A DNA stretch of 64,000 nt from Podospora anserina (Eukaryota): contig CM030336.1 of the NCBI GenBank assembly GCA_017654855.1, positions 3,968,001-4,032,000 on the forward strand, in the 5' to 3' direction. The translations under genes were made by a program, and so were the position numbers. Of the stretch, positions 1 to 10,679 are shown one piece after another. The notes below the pieces were generated by a model, which saw nothing but the letters and a program-made list of their open reading frames with translations, did not search any database and had not been told where the DNA came from. Numbering within the stretch: position 1 is the stretch's first letter; each line of letters opens with the position of its first letter.

Positions 1-26
1 CACACGCCCTCAACGCAACCACAGGG

Positions 27-27
<1 letters not shown>

Positions 28-59
<32 letters not shown>
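28..59. repeat. (CA)n microsatellite in the frq upstream/leader region
   Basis: Directly visible. Confidence 0.95.
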
Positions 60-60
<1 letters not shown>

Positions 61-826
61 CAATACACCACATCAAACAATAGAGACAGACATCGCCAGC
101 TTCAACAACACACAAGAACACCACCCGACCCTAAGGGTATCAAGGTATGTGGAGACGTTTTCCCTATATTGTATCTCCCTCTGCCGCAACCGCCAAAGTC
201 TAGAAGTGTGATTTTCACAGCCTTGCCATGGTGGGCCAACGTTGTTGCTTTCGCACCGGGCATTCCACCACCCTGCTTTTTTGTCAGTCCAGTCGTTCCG
301 AGCGCTCAAAAAGAAGAAGACACTACTCTGTCCAAAGCGCGCGCGCCCGCTGCACCACACATCTTGGCTTTCCACCGGTCTTCTTCCCTTTCCTCGCCAA
401 TTTTACCATTTACAGCAATTCACTCCTGGGGCAGCGGTTTTTGGAAAAGCAGTGTCGAATCCAGAGCGTTCGATCGACACCATGACAGCCGGAGCTCCCT
501 CGCCGCCTGTTCAGCGAGTTTCGCCACAGCCCCCCCTGTCTGCATAGTGTTCGAAGTTCCAGCATCAACAGCTAGCTCTGCGCAACGTTTCTGATGAGAC
601 TTATTAAATAGGCCCTTTTTTCGCAATTGCCTCTTGTCTGCCACGGCTCTACAGCCACGCACACACTGGTCTCTTGAGAGCTGGGTGTGCACCACAACCG
701 CAACCGACCGCACCGTTGCACGCGACCGAACCCTCGGGACGGCGCGGACTGTTGCGGGGCGCGCCGGTAGACCAAGTCGCCGTCAAGCTTCAAAAAAAAA
801 ATAGGTCGAGCATGTAACGGCCCCCC

Positions 827-3706
827 ATGGCGGACGACACAAGTCACCAAGTCACAACTGATTTAGGTCACCCTTTGCCGCGGCGATCCACGCCCGAGAA
901 GTCGGTGACCCTCTACCACCACCGACTGGCCCACGAGGCCAGCAAGAGATTCGAAAATGAAAAGCAACAGTCCACCCTCACCTCACACCCACAGCCGCAA
1001 ATTCATGCGCAACCACAGGCCACAGCGTCGCCCAGGAGGGATTCTTCCGGAGAGAGCAATGAAACTGATCCCAAGACCTGGTTCGATCGCTCCAACAACA
1101 ACCCAGTCGGCCATTATGATGCCTCGATGGACGTCGACCCACCGTTTTTCCAAAAGGAAACCGACTCTTCCAACGAGGGGCGAGACGGAGGTGGTGTCAT
1201 TCCAGATGCCCCCTACCTGTTCGAGGGCGGCCTTCGCCAAACTGTCACCCACAGCAGCAGTGCCGATGACTACCGCAGTGTCATTGACGACTTGACCATC
1301 GAGAACAAGCGGTTAAAGGAGGAACTGAAGCGGTATAAGCAGTATGGGCCGCCCATGATGCAGAAGGAGAAGCTGTTTGAGATCAAGATTCACGGACTAC
1401 CGAGGCGGAAGAAGCGCGAGTTGGAGGCCACGCTGCGAGACTTTGCCGCCAGTCTCGAGGGGTCGAGTGATTCACCATCGTGGAGGAAATCGAGCCGACA
1501 AGAAAAGAAGAACATGTATTCTTCTGGGGACTCGAAGCATGCGTCATCGTCTTCCTCGCACTCGCGGCCCGTGGATTCGGCCTATGCATCCATGTCTACC
1601 GGACCTAGTTCCCACGGTCCCAACTCGATAGGGAGGTCGCTCGGGCGCCCTTCTGTTGGTTCTCGCGCAAAGTCGTCGCAGCAAAAGGTGGAGAACTACC
1701 TTCGAGACACCCCCGACGGTCTGCTCCCGCGTCAGATGGTAATGACGGACAAGGAGAAGAAGAAACTGGTGGTCAAACGTCTCGAGCAGTTATTCACGGG
1801 CAAAATCAGCGGGAGGAACATGCATCGGAACCAGTCCATGTCGTCGCTCGAGGCGCCCGCACCACCACCGGATGCCGTCATGGGACCACCCAAAATGTCG
1901 GAAGCCTCGCGAGAGGCGTTCATCCAGCCGCTGGATCCTAGCCAAAAGAAGACTCGTTCGAGAGATAATGCGTCGACATCCAATGGCGATCAGACGGAGA
2001 GCGGCGGTCACGGAAACGGAAGCGGCGATGGCAATGGAAGCGGAGGCAGAGGCGGAAACAACACATCACCTCCCTCGGTCCCGCTGCCAGAACAGCGTCC
2101 AACTAGACCAGTCGATTTGGACCCCGACCGATTGCAAATACCGTCCGAGAATCTAAAGTACATCCAACATCTTGGGCTGGTCCCCGAAGAGTTTCTGGTA
2201 TCCAAACAGACCGAGTATGACGATGTTGCACCCGATGCGGACGGCTGGGTGTATCTCAACCTTCTCGGAAATCTCGCCCAGTTGCACATGCTCAACGTCA
2301 CCCCGGGTTTCATCCGGGCCGCCGTCAGTGAGAAGAGCACCAAGTTCCAGCTCTCGCCAGATGGCCGGAAAATTCGATGGCGCGGAGGCACAGATGGGAC
2401 CAAGTTTAGCAGCGACAGCGGGGACGGCTCACAAAAGAGCCCCATGACCGAGGACACTGATGGTTCCAATGAGAGTGGCCAGCGCAAGAGGCTCAAGAAG
2501 GGCCAGGGCGGTCATTCCGACTCCAAATTTGTCCCGCAGGCATCCTCTCGCTCCGACTTGTTCCACTACAAGCCTCTATTTGTCCATCGAACTTCTTCGG
2601 CAGAAACGTCGGTCGAGGGCACGGGATCCCTGGCATCGGATGAGGTCGAGGATAGCAACCTTGAAAATTCCAAGTATGGGTACAGTGGCTCTGGATCGAC
2701 GCAGCGCAAGAAACGGCGACACGACGGTGCCATCATCTACTACAGCGGTGCCCCTTTCTGCACGGATCTGTCGGGTGATCCTGGTGACATATCACCCACC
2801 ACCTATATGACCTCGACTGGCCGGGACTTTTCGACGCTCGACTCGGCACCGTCTCTGCTGCAGAGGAGCCTGTCTGGGTCGTCTCTCGTGATCCGACCGC
2901 TCAGCGATGCCCGGCCGTTTGTCTCGGAAACCCTGGGCATGGAAATTGACAAGTATCTGCCCAGTGACGAAGAGACGGACGACGACATGGAGTTCCCCTG
3001 GTCAGACAGCTCAGCACTCGTTCGACCGAAGATGTCCGAGACACCTCTCGAGCCCTGCGGTCTGGGCGGTGTGATACCAGAAGACCACTTTGCTGTGGTT
3101 GTGGTGACCCGTCGGCCAATCAACTGCGTTGTGGACACGCACCTGCGCGATAGGTCGGTGTCGGTGGACAATGCGGAAGTTATTGCTCGTCGACTGGAGT
3201 GTATGAGGACCTCGTCGCCGCTGCCACCTCGACGGAATAGCAGGACGGGTAGAACCAACTCTCCCATTCAGATCGAGTATGTCGAGGGACGGATGCTTCG
3301 TCTGAAGCCGGCTTCTCTGCCGCCCCCAGCCATGTATCTTCCTCCTTTCAGCAACGAGTCCGACACGGATTCTGGAAGCATCGACATGACTTCGGCAGAG
3401 AATGACGATGTGGAACAGGACAGCACTTCCCAGAGCTTGATTTCGAGGCGGGCCAACCCTTACTTCTCGGATGCTCGCTTGGAGGAGGATGAATCCGAGG
3501 AGTCTGAGGAGCTCGGTGATGTGAATATGGGAGCGGATGCTGTGGTGGGTGCTGTTTCGGACGATGCCCACCGTCCGCCTGCTGACCGGATGGAGAGCTC
3601 GGGCACTGGGAAGGTGGCCATGCTTTTACACCCAGGAAGCTCTGTTGCGACTGCGGGAGGGGATGAGAGCGGATATTCTAGCTCGATGGAGGATGATGCT
3701 ACTTGA
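827..3706 (+). CDS. frq: Circadian clock protein FREQUENCY (959 aa, intronless CDS)
   Basis: Recognisable FRQ motifs: N-terminal GHPLPRR, coiled coil DDYRSVIDDLTIENKRLKEELKRY, NLS PRRKKR, CK1-binding-like segments KKLVVKRLEQLFTG and GWVYLNLLGNLAQLHMLN, FRH-binding-like DHFAVVVVTRR, acidic PEST regions and C-terminal SVATAGGDESGYSSSME. Confidence 0.97.
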   Translation: MADDTSHQVTTDLGHPLPRRSTPEKSVTLYHHRLAHEASKRFENEKQQSTLTSHPQPQIHAQPQATASPRRDSSGESNETDPKTWFDRSNNNPVGHYDASMDVDPPFFQKETDSSNEGRDGGGVIPDAPYLFEGGLRQTVTHSSSADDYRSVIDDLTIENKRLKEELKRYKQYGPPMMQKEKLFEIKIHGLPRRKKRELEATLRDFAASLEGSSDSPSWRKSSRQEKKNMYSSGDSKHASSSSSHSRPVDSAYASMSTGPSSHGPNSIGRSLGRPSVGSRAKSSQQKVENYLRDTPDGLLPRQMVMTDKEKKKLVVKRLEQLFTGKISGRNMHRNQSMSSLEAPAPPPDAVMGPPKMSEASREAFIQPLDPSQKKTRSRDNASTSNGDQTESGGHGNGSGDGNGSGGRGGNNTSPPSVPLPEQRPTRPVDLDPDRLQIPSENLKYIQHLGLVPEEFLVSKQTEYDDVAPDADGWVYLNLLGNLAQLHMLNVTPGFIRAAVSEKSTKFQLSPDGRKIRWRGGTDGTKFSSDSGDGSQKSPMTEDTDGSNESGQRKRLKKGQGGHSDSKFVPQASSRSDLFHYKPLFVHRTSSAETSVEGTGSLASDEVEDSNLENSKYGYSGSGSTQRKKRRHDGAIIYYSGAPFCTDLSGDPGDISPTTYMTSTGRDFSTLDSAPSLLQRSLSGSSLVIRPLSDARPFVSETLGMEIDKYLPSDEETDDDMEFPWSDSSALVRPKMSETPLEPCGLGGVIPEDHFAVVVVTRRPINCVVDTHLRDRSVSVDNAEVIARRLECMRTSSPLPPRRNSRTGRTNSPIQIEYVEGRMLRLKPASLPPPAMYLPPFSNESDTDSGSIDMTSAENDDVEQDSTSQSLISRRANPYFSDARLEEDESEESEELGDVNMGADAVVGAVSDDAHRPPADRMESSGTGKVAMLLHPGSSVATAGGDESGYSSSMEDDAT

Positions 3707-4505
3707 AGTGTTGCGTTATACGGAGTGAAATTTGGGGGGCAGACTGACTTGGCATTTTCCGGACATATGTATGGTGTTTTTGGCTTGGCTTTTTGGCATT
3801 GGGAAAGCGAGGCGATATATATGTCTCGACTTTTCGATACAACAAGGGGGCGTTTAGTTGGTGATTTTTTCGTCAAGTGGAATTTGTAGCATTTCAGATA
3901 CCACGACAATCCGGGCGGGCAGGTTTGCTTTGGGATACCTATAGAGACTTTTTGATCTTGGGATACCTCTGGAGGCCATATGTGTGGGAGGAGGGTAAAA
4001 GGTCCTTTTTGGCCGTGGGATAATTTGCAAAAATAAAGACAAAAGAATTCATATCATTGAAGGGTTGTTGCTCGAGTTGTGATGTTTTTGTTTTGTTTTG
4101 TTGTGTAGTTGATTAAAAGGAGCCCCCTGAACGTGCATGTAGGGTACCCCGCAATGCCTGCTAGGAAGAGCTCGAACTGTCACCGATCTACCCCGCCAAT
4201 ATTTTTTGACCGCTTTACGTACGGGAACAGCAACAGGCGGGCGGGCAGTAACCAGGCTAGACTACCTCTTTGCTTGTCATTGAGAGTGCGCGCGATCAGG
4301 GTCAATCCACTTTGCGACCGAGGACGTGGTGTAAACGTCTTTCAATAACAAACAACACCTTGGCCGAGTCTTTTTTGCGCGCGCGCAATCATCTAGCTGG
4401 CTAGTAGCTGTTTCGATATCGCGACCTTACCCACCTACCTACCCAACAACTAATCGACCGACCGAGACCGACCGAACGATCGATCCAACCAAGACATTCA
4501 CGATC

Positions 4506-5313
4506 ATGGCTACCACCTCCGCCACGGTGAAAGGGAAAGGCGTAGGCCCAGACGGGAAGTCAGTCTATTTTCCCTCCCTCCCCCGCCCCACCCCTTTTTT
4601 TTTATTATTTTATTTCTTTTTTTATTATTAGTACCAATCCCATTTACTGAAGCTGTGTTTATGTAGGGACACCAACCCCCGAGGAATCCCCTACGCGCCC
4701 TTTGTCGACAAGGTAGAAGACTACGTCTCCTCCCGTTCAGACGTCGAGCCGACGCTTCGGTCGTTTCAGGAGATGGTGGCAAAGTACCAGTTTATGGAGC
4801 AGAACCTGCAGCGGAGGGTGGCGGGGTTGAGGGATAAGATGCCCGACATTGAGAAGACGTTGGAGACGGTGAGGTTTTTGAAGTTGAGGAACGAGGGTGA
4901 TGACGAGGGGGAGGGGGGGGAAATCGAGACCACGTTTGAGCTGAATGATACGCTTTACGCCAAGGCAAAGATTGGGAGAACGGAGGAGGTGTATTTGTGG
5001 TTGGGGGCGAATGTTATGCTGAGTTATCCGATTGAGGAGGCGGAGGAGTTGTTGGATGGGAAGTTGGAGGCTGCGAGGAGGAGTTTGGGGAATTGTGAGG
5101 AGGATTTGGATTTCTTGAGGGAGCAGATTACGGTGGGTGATGCTACTGACTACTTGCTGACTATACTTTTTGGATGATGGCTGACTGGGATGATAGACTA
5201 TGGAGGTTGCGGTGGCTAGGGTTTATAACTGGGATGTGGTGCAGAAACGGAAGGAGAAGGAGGAGGAGGAGAAGCAAGGGAAAGGGAAGGAGGAGGGGAC
5301 GGCGGGGGGGTGA
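4506..5313 (+). CDS. PAC10: Prefoldin subunit 3 (Gim2/Pac10/VBP1 family), ~211 aa
   Basis: Exons 4506-4558, 4667-5132 and 5197-5313 join in frame. Motifs NPRGIPYAPFVDKVEDY, TTFELNDTLYAKA, VYLWLGANVMLSY and FLREQITTMEVAVARVYNWDV. Confidence 0.93.
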
Positions 5314-6264
5314 TGATGGTGATGATGATGAAGGGGGAGGCTGTGTAAGAGTCGAGATTCAAGAGTCATCAAAAAGAAACGAGACATTTGGCAACAAGGT
5401 GGCAGGACCATGATGAGGATATTGCAAAGTGGGATTTGTATTACTGGTGATGGGGATCAACATGCTGGATGTGTCTGTTGCGGTTCGGGATGGTGGCCGG
5501 GACGTTGAGTGCAACCTGAATGGCACAGCACCCTATGAAGCACTTGAGACGAGATGTGGCCCGGTTTGTTAAGATAGGAACGGTGGTGGCCGTTGGGTGG
5601 GCCCGTTGGAGGTGGGCCGTGGGTGTAGGTGAAAGTTGGTAAACCGTCGACTTAACGGGTCGACCTTCAACTGCTGGTTAAACGGTCAGAGCTATCCATC
5701 CAGCTGGCTTCATGATTGTGATGTTCTTGCGGGAGTCTGAGTTGTGTACACAGAATAAAGAGTAAATGATGGCAGCTGTCAGCCCCACCCTTATACCCCC
5801 TTAGTGCGAGGCCTCGCTGGTGCGGGCGGGGCTGGCCGAGCTGCCGGTCAGGGGATTATCGCGGGCAGGATTGAGTTGGCGGCGGCATTTCAGGCACTGA
5901 AGGTTACTGGTTATTTGAACCAGACAACAACAGGATTCCCTGTCTTTTTCCAACATCCCCCCCTTTTGTTGATTCATCTTTCCTATCATTTGCCATCCGC
6001 CACTTGTCTCAAACGCCTTCTGCACCCTTTCCCGCAGCAGCCAGTCAGTCTTTTTCCAATGCAAGTACAATAGCGCGCATCATCCTTTTTCGTCCCATCA
6101 TCTCCTGTCACCGCCCAACTTTTTACTGCCTACTCACCTACTTTTAACGAACACCTAATCTAACATCTTCTTCCTCAAGAACGATAGACGAAGTATTGAA
6201 AGACGTCCACGACACCCTAGAGCCCGACCCGAAGAAACCGAAGCAGAGACATAAACGCAACAAA

Positions 6265-7515
6265 ATGGCTGCCGCCGCGCCTGTCCCCCGCCCCTTGGAG
6301 CTCGACCCCAAGTACGATGACTACGACTTCCCGACCACCGCCGCCGTCCCCCTGAGCGGACATGCTGGCTACCTGACGGCGGAACAACAAGCTCAGGTCT
6401 CGCAGCTGCGTCTGATGCTCGAGTCTGAGGGCTACACCAAACGTCTCGACACGCTCACACTGGTACGCCTTGCACCAGAATAGCTTTCCATCAGGTTCAG
6501 GGTCGGGATACTGACAAATAGGAAACAGCTCCGCTTCCTCCGTGCCCGCAAGTTCGATGTCAACCTCTCCAAGCAAATGTACGCACACCTTCACTGGGGA
6601 TGGATTCCACAGTCAGGCAGGGGCTAACAATACGCCAGGTTCATCGAGTGCGAGAAGTGGAGGCAAGAGACCAACCTCGACGACGTCGTCCCCAACTGGG
6701 ACTACCCCGAGAAGGAGGAGGTCTTCAAGTACTACCCCCAGTACTACCACAAGACCGACAAGGTACATAATTTATCTGGGCTCCACCTTTCCCCCCCCTA
6801 TTGCTAACCCCACCATCAGGATGGCCGGCCCGTCTACATCGAGCAGCTCGGCAACATTGATCTCACAGCCATGTACAAGATCACCACGGCCGAGCGCATG
6901 CTGACCAACCTCGCGGTCGAGTACGAGCGCGTCGCCGACCCCCGCCTCCCGGCCTGCTCCCGCAAGTCGGGCGTCCTCCTCGAGACGTGCTGCACCGTCA
7001 TGGATCTCAAGGGCGTCGGCATCTCCAAGGCGCCCCAGGTGTTCAACTATGTCAAGCAGGCCAGCGTCCTGAGCCAAAACTACTACCCCGAACGCCTCGG
7101 TCGTCTGTATCTGATCAACGCTCCTTGGGGCTTCAGCACCGTCTGGGGGGTCGTGAAGGCGTGGCTTGATCCGGTGACGGTGCAGAAGATTCATGTGTTG
7201 GGCAGCGGGTACCAGAAGGAGTTGTTGGCGCAGGTTCCCGCCGAGAACCTGCCTAAGCAGTTTGGTGGTTCGTGCGAGTGTGCGGGCGGTTGCCAGTTTA
7301 GCGACATGGGTCCTTGGCGCGAGGAGCAGTGGGCCAAGCCGGCCAAGTGGGAGAAGAAGGAGGGTGCTGCTGCTGCTGCTCCTGCGGCGGATGCCACTAT
7401 TCAGAATGCTGGTGCGGATGTGAAGGAGGGTGGTGCTGCTGCTGTTGCCGGGCAGGGGAATGCGGCTCTTCCGGTGGACGTCAAGGCTGATGCTCCTGCT
7501 CCGGCGGCTGCGTAG
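6265..7515 (+). CDS. SEC14: Sec14 phosphatidylinositol/phosphatidylcholine transfer protein, ~355 aa
   Basis: Exons 6265-6462, 6529-6578, 6639-6762 and 6820-7515. Motifs [34 protein letters not shown] and [21 protein letters not shown]. Confidence 0.96.
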
Positions 7516-7885
7516 GTGCAGTCATTGAGGAAGGAGGATGAGGTGCCGCATCGGTGTGGTTGCGGGGACATGCGGTAGTGTTCTTGCCACTCGGTAATGA
7601 AGGCCGGCTTCTTTTTGCATGGTAGTTACATGTAGACAGTGGGCGTGGAGCGGGTGTTGGTAGTTTGCGATTGTATTCAGATGGTACCTTACATGTGATA
7701 GGCGTGGCGGGGTGGGAGGAGATGAACAAGAATCCCTAAGTTTATCTCTTGACTTGAATGGCATAGTAATGTTTTTTCTTGGTTGAGGAAGTGTAGCAAT
7801 GGTGGGGGGTATTATTATTTTCCGTAACGCCTCCTTTGTCCTCTGTCTCCTGACCTGGATACATATATATATATACATATATATA

Positions 7886-8684
7886 TCACTTGTTCTGTTT
7901 ACCAACCACATACCCACCCACCACCCTCGCCCTCTCCATCTTGGCCACAACAGCGGGCATGTCTCTCTTCAGCCTCCCCAGCGTCTCCACCGCCTTGGTG
8001 TACGTCCCCTCGACAACCTCCTGTCTATCCAACTCGCCCATTCCCTCGAGTGCCTTTTTCCCGCTTTCCAACCCTTCCTCCCTCGCCCGTTGCAGCACTG
8101 CCGAAAGCATCTCCTCGTCTGTGGCTATCTGGGCGTTTGTGGCGGTCATGTAGGCGGATGCGGTCGCGGCGGGGACGCGCCGCTTGAGCTGGGCGATGGA
8201 GCGGAGGAGGTCTTCCTCTTGGGAGACGAGGGACTCGATCCTGTCGCGCTTGCGGGGGTCGAAGGGTTCGTAGTGGTCGGTTTGGGGGTTGTGGTGGTCT
8301 TGCGGGTCGGAGGAGAAGAGGGTTTTGGGGGAGGGGGGGGCCGAGAGGGAGCCGTTTATTGAGAGGGAGGGGAGGGAGAGGGTGAAGAGGCGGGTTATGT
8401 ACTAGAGCGTAGCGAGCGTCAGCGGGCGCATCGTGGGATGGGATTGGGAGTGGGTGGGGAAGGGAAAGGGAAAAGGGGGGGGGGAAACGTACGTCGTTTA
8501 CCAGCTTATCAATCTCGTTGCGCAACTCGTCTTCCTCTTGGGGGATGGGGTTCCCTTCGTCGTCGAGGACGGGGGGGAAAGCGGCGTTGATGCTATCGGT
8601 CGCTGCTTTACGGACGTTGGTGATGAGGTACCGGAGGTCGTCTGGGGATTGGAGTTCGATTTTTCGCTGGATGGAGTCGTCCAT
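7886..8684 (-). CDS. NSL1: Kinetochore Mis12-complex subunit Nsl1/Mis14-like, ~235 aa
   Basis: Exons 8684-8493 and 8401-7886 (intron GTACGT..GCTGAC..CTAG). Motifs RKIELQSPDDLRYL, LSINGS, YEPFDPRKRDRIESL..EEDLLRSIAQLKRRVP and a C-terminal MPAVVAKMERARVV helix. Confidence 0.8.
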
Positions 8685-10107
8685 TTTTATTTTATTTTAT
8701 TTTTGTCAGAAAAGTAGGGAGGGGGGGTTGTTTGTCGACTTTCTTTCTTTGGTGGTTGGTTCGCAGGGGGGCCGGTGATTAGATATTATTACTGCTCTAG
8801 TTATGCACTATTTGCCAGAAAACAAGAATCTCCTTTTCTCTGTTCCCCTCCCCGGGTATAGCTTCGTCTCTCGTATCGTCGTGGTGTTTCGTGTCGTCGT
8901 CGTGGTGCTCAAGTCCTGGATGTTATTGTCGTCGTTGTCATATCAAAACATGCGTCCATCATCCCCCAAATCGCGACGCCAATATATCTTATCGATACTC
9001 TGAACGCCCAGTCTACAATTAAGCACCTGGCCCGTGCACACCACCTTCCCCAGACGCTAACCCCGAACTGCACAAGTCCAATCTGCCTGCGAAGAAAGCA
9101 GAAGTGGGGTTCACCACTTTGGTGGGGCGGAAGAAGCGGGGGGGGGCTTACAGCTGCTCCCGGTGTTCCGCTACTGAAACCCCCCATCGTCTCTAGGTTA
9201 TCAGCTGCAGGTTAAGCTGATCTATCAACACCCCCCCCCGCTTACATCCGGTTCAGACAGGGCGAGCGAGTGGTTGATATCTCAACTTCTATTGGCAGCA
9301 GACAAGACCGGGACCGGAAGTTCAAACAGGGACAAATCAACCGGGGACACTCTCGCTGACGCAGACAGGGCTGCCAGACAGCAAACTGTTTGACAGTAGT
9401 AAATAAATAATATGTCTCCGTAACGAGAGCCTGGAATTCCAAAAGCAAACTATGTCAAAGGTCTGAACATGAATGATTACCATACACCGCCTACCACCTG
9501 TGCCCAAAATCCCAATTACGCCTGTCAAAGCCACTCCCACGCGTGCGACAAAAGCCAAGAGACGAGATTCTCCCCTCAAGGCAGGAAAGAAAAAGAAGAA
9601 AAGAATAAGAGGATAGTACCACCCGGTGTCACGCCCATCCCACCGTCTGAAAGGGTGACTGACATGTGCCCCGTCCCCGGCCAGCCACACCCGCCCCAAG
9701 TGTTGTTGTTTCCTTGTAAACAATAATGATATTTCCCCGAACCCCCAACTAACGATGAACAAACAAGAACTCCTAGTACCAACCTAGCCGTGGGCCAAAA
9801 GAGCTACCCAATGGTAGACCGAAAGGAAAATAAAGAAAAGAGCCGGAAAAATCAATGACGACCTCCTGTCCACTTATGTGATGGTTTTCCTCGTCGAGCA
9901 GACGGCTGCTGGCGGTTGGACGAGGTAAGAAGTCGAAGTGAATTACTGATGCTGAACAATTGTCGAGAGTTTCTGAAAGAAAAAAGAAAGCTTGTCTAAT
10001 AGTGCTTGATGAGTTGAGTTGTCGTGGAATACGGTTCGTGAAAATCGTTGTAGTATAATCATGCTGTTCTTGCCAAAGATGGCTGCCTGTGTGTGCGCCT
10101 TGGACGT

Positions 10108-10679
10108 TTATTGAGGCAGCATCTTCTTGATCTCCTCGTCACTGATGTGGATCTCGACGATGGGATCACGGCGCTGGTCGAGCGGGGTGTATTCAAAGTC
10201 GCTCATGGATGGCAGGAAGATTTCGGGATTCCAGACGAAGCCTTGTCCCCTCTCGAGGTAGGTCACCTGGTGGCACCGTGTGAGTGGCGGGGGTCAAGCA
10301 CAGCATTGTAGCACTTCTGCCACTGCTGGCAGCCAGGACAAGGAAACAACTTACCAGTCTCATGGGTCCTTCGTGATCCTCGCCGCCAATCCGGATGGTC
10401 GTGCACTCCTGCTTGGTGAAAGCAGAGCCTGCGTGTTCATCATTAGCATCCCGTTTGGGATTGGGGGGGATGCAAAGAGTAATGAGGTCGGGACATACTC
10501 AAAAGGCTGGGTCGTCTGGCGTGCACCTTTTGCTTCTGAGAAGCCCTAGGTGAGGCCTTGGGAGAGTGGCCTGGCGTGCTCGGGGAGCTAGAGTACGACG
10601 ACGGCGACGAGCCATCCTGGCGGTTCGCCTGGCGATGGCGCTGGTCGGGAATGGCGATCGAGGTAGGCATGTTGTCCAT
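10108..10679 (-). CDS. Small conserved fungal hypothetical protein, ~137 aa
   Basis: Exons 10679-10499, 10428-10355 and 10266-10108 with canonical donors GTATGT and GTAAGT. The spliced product reads ...HARRPSLLSSAFTKQECTTIRIGGEDHEGPMRLVTYLERGQGFVWNPEIFLPS...DPIVEIHISDEEIKKMLPQ*. Only exon 1 appears in the ORF track. Confidence 0.75.
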
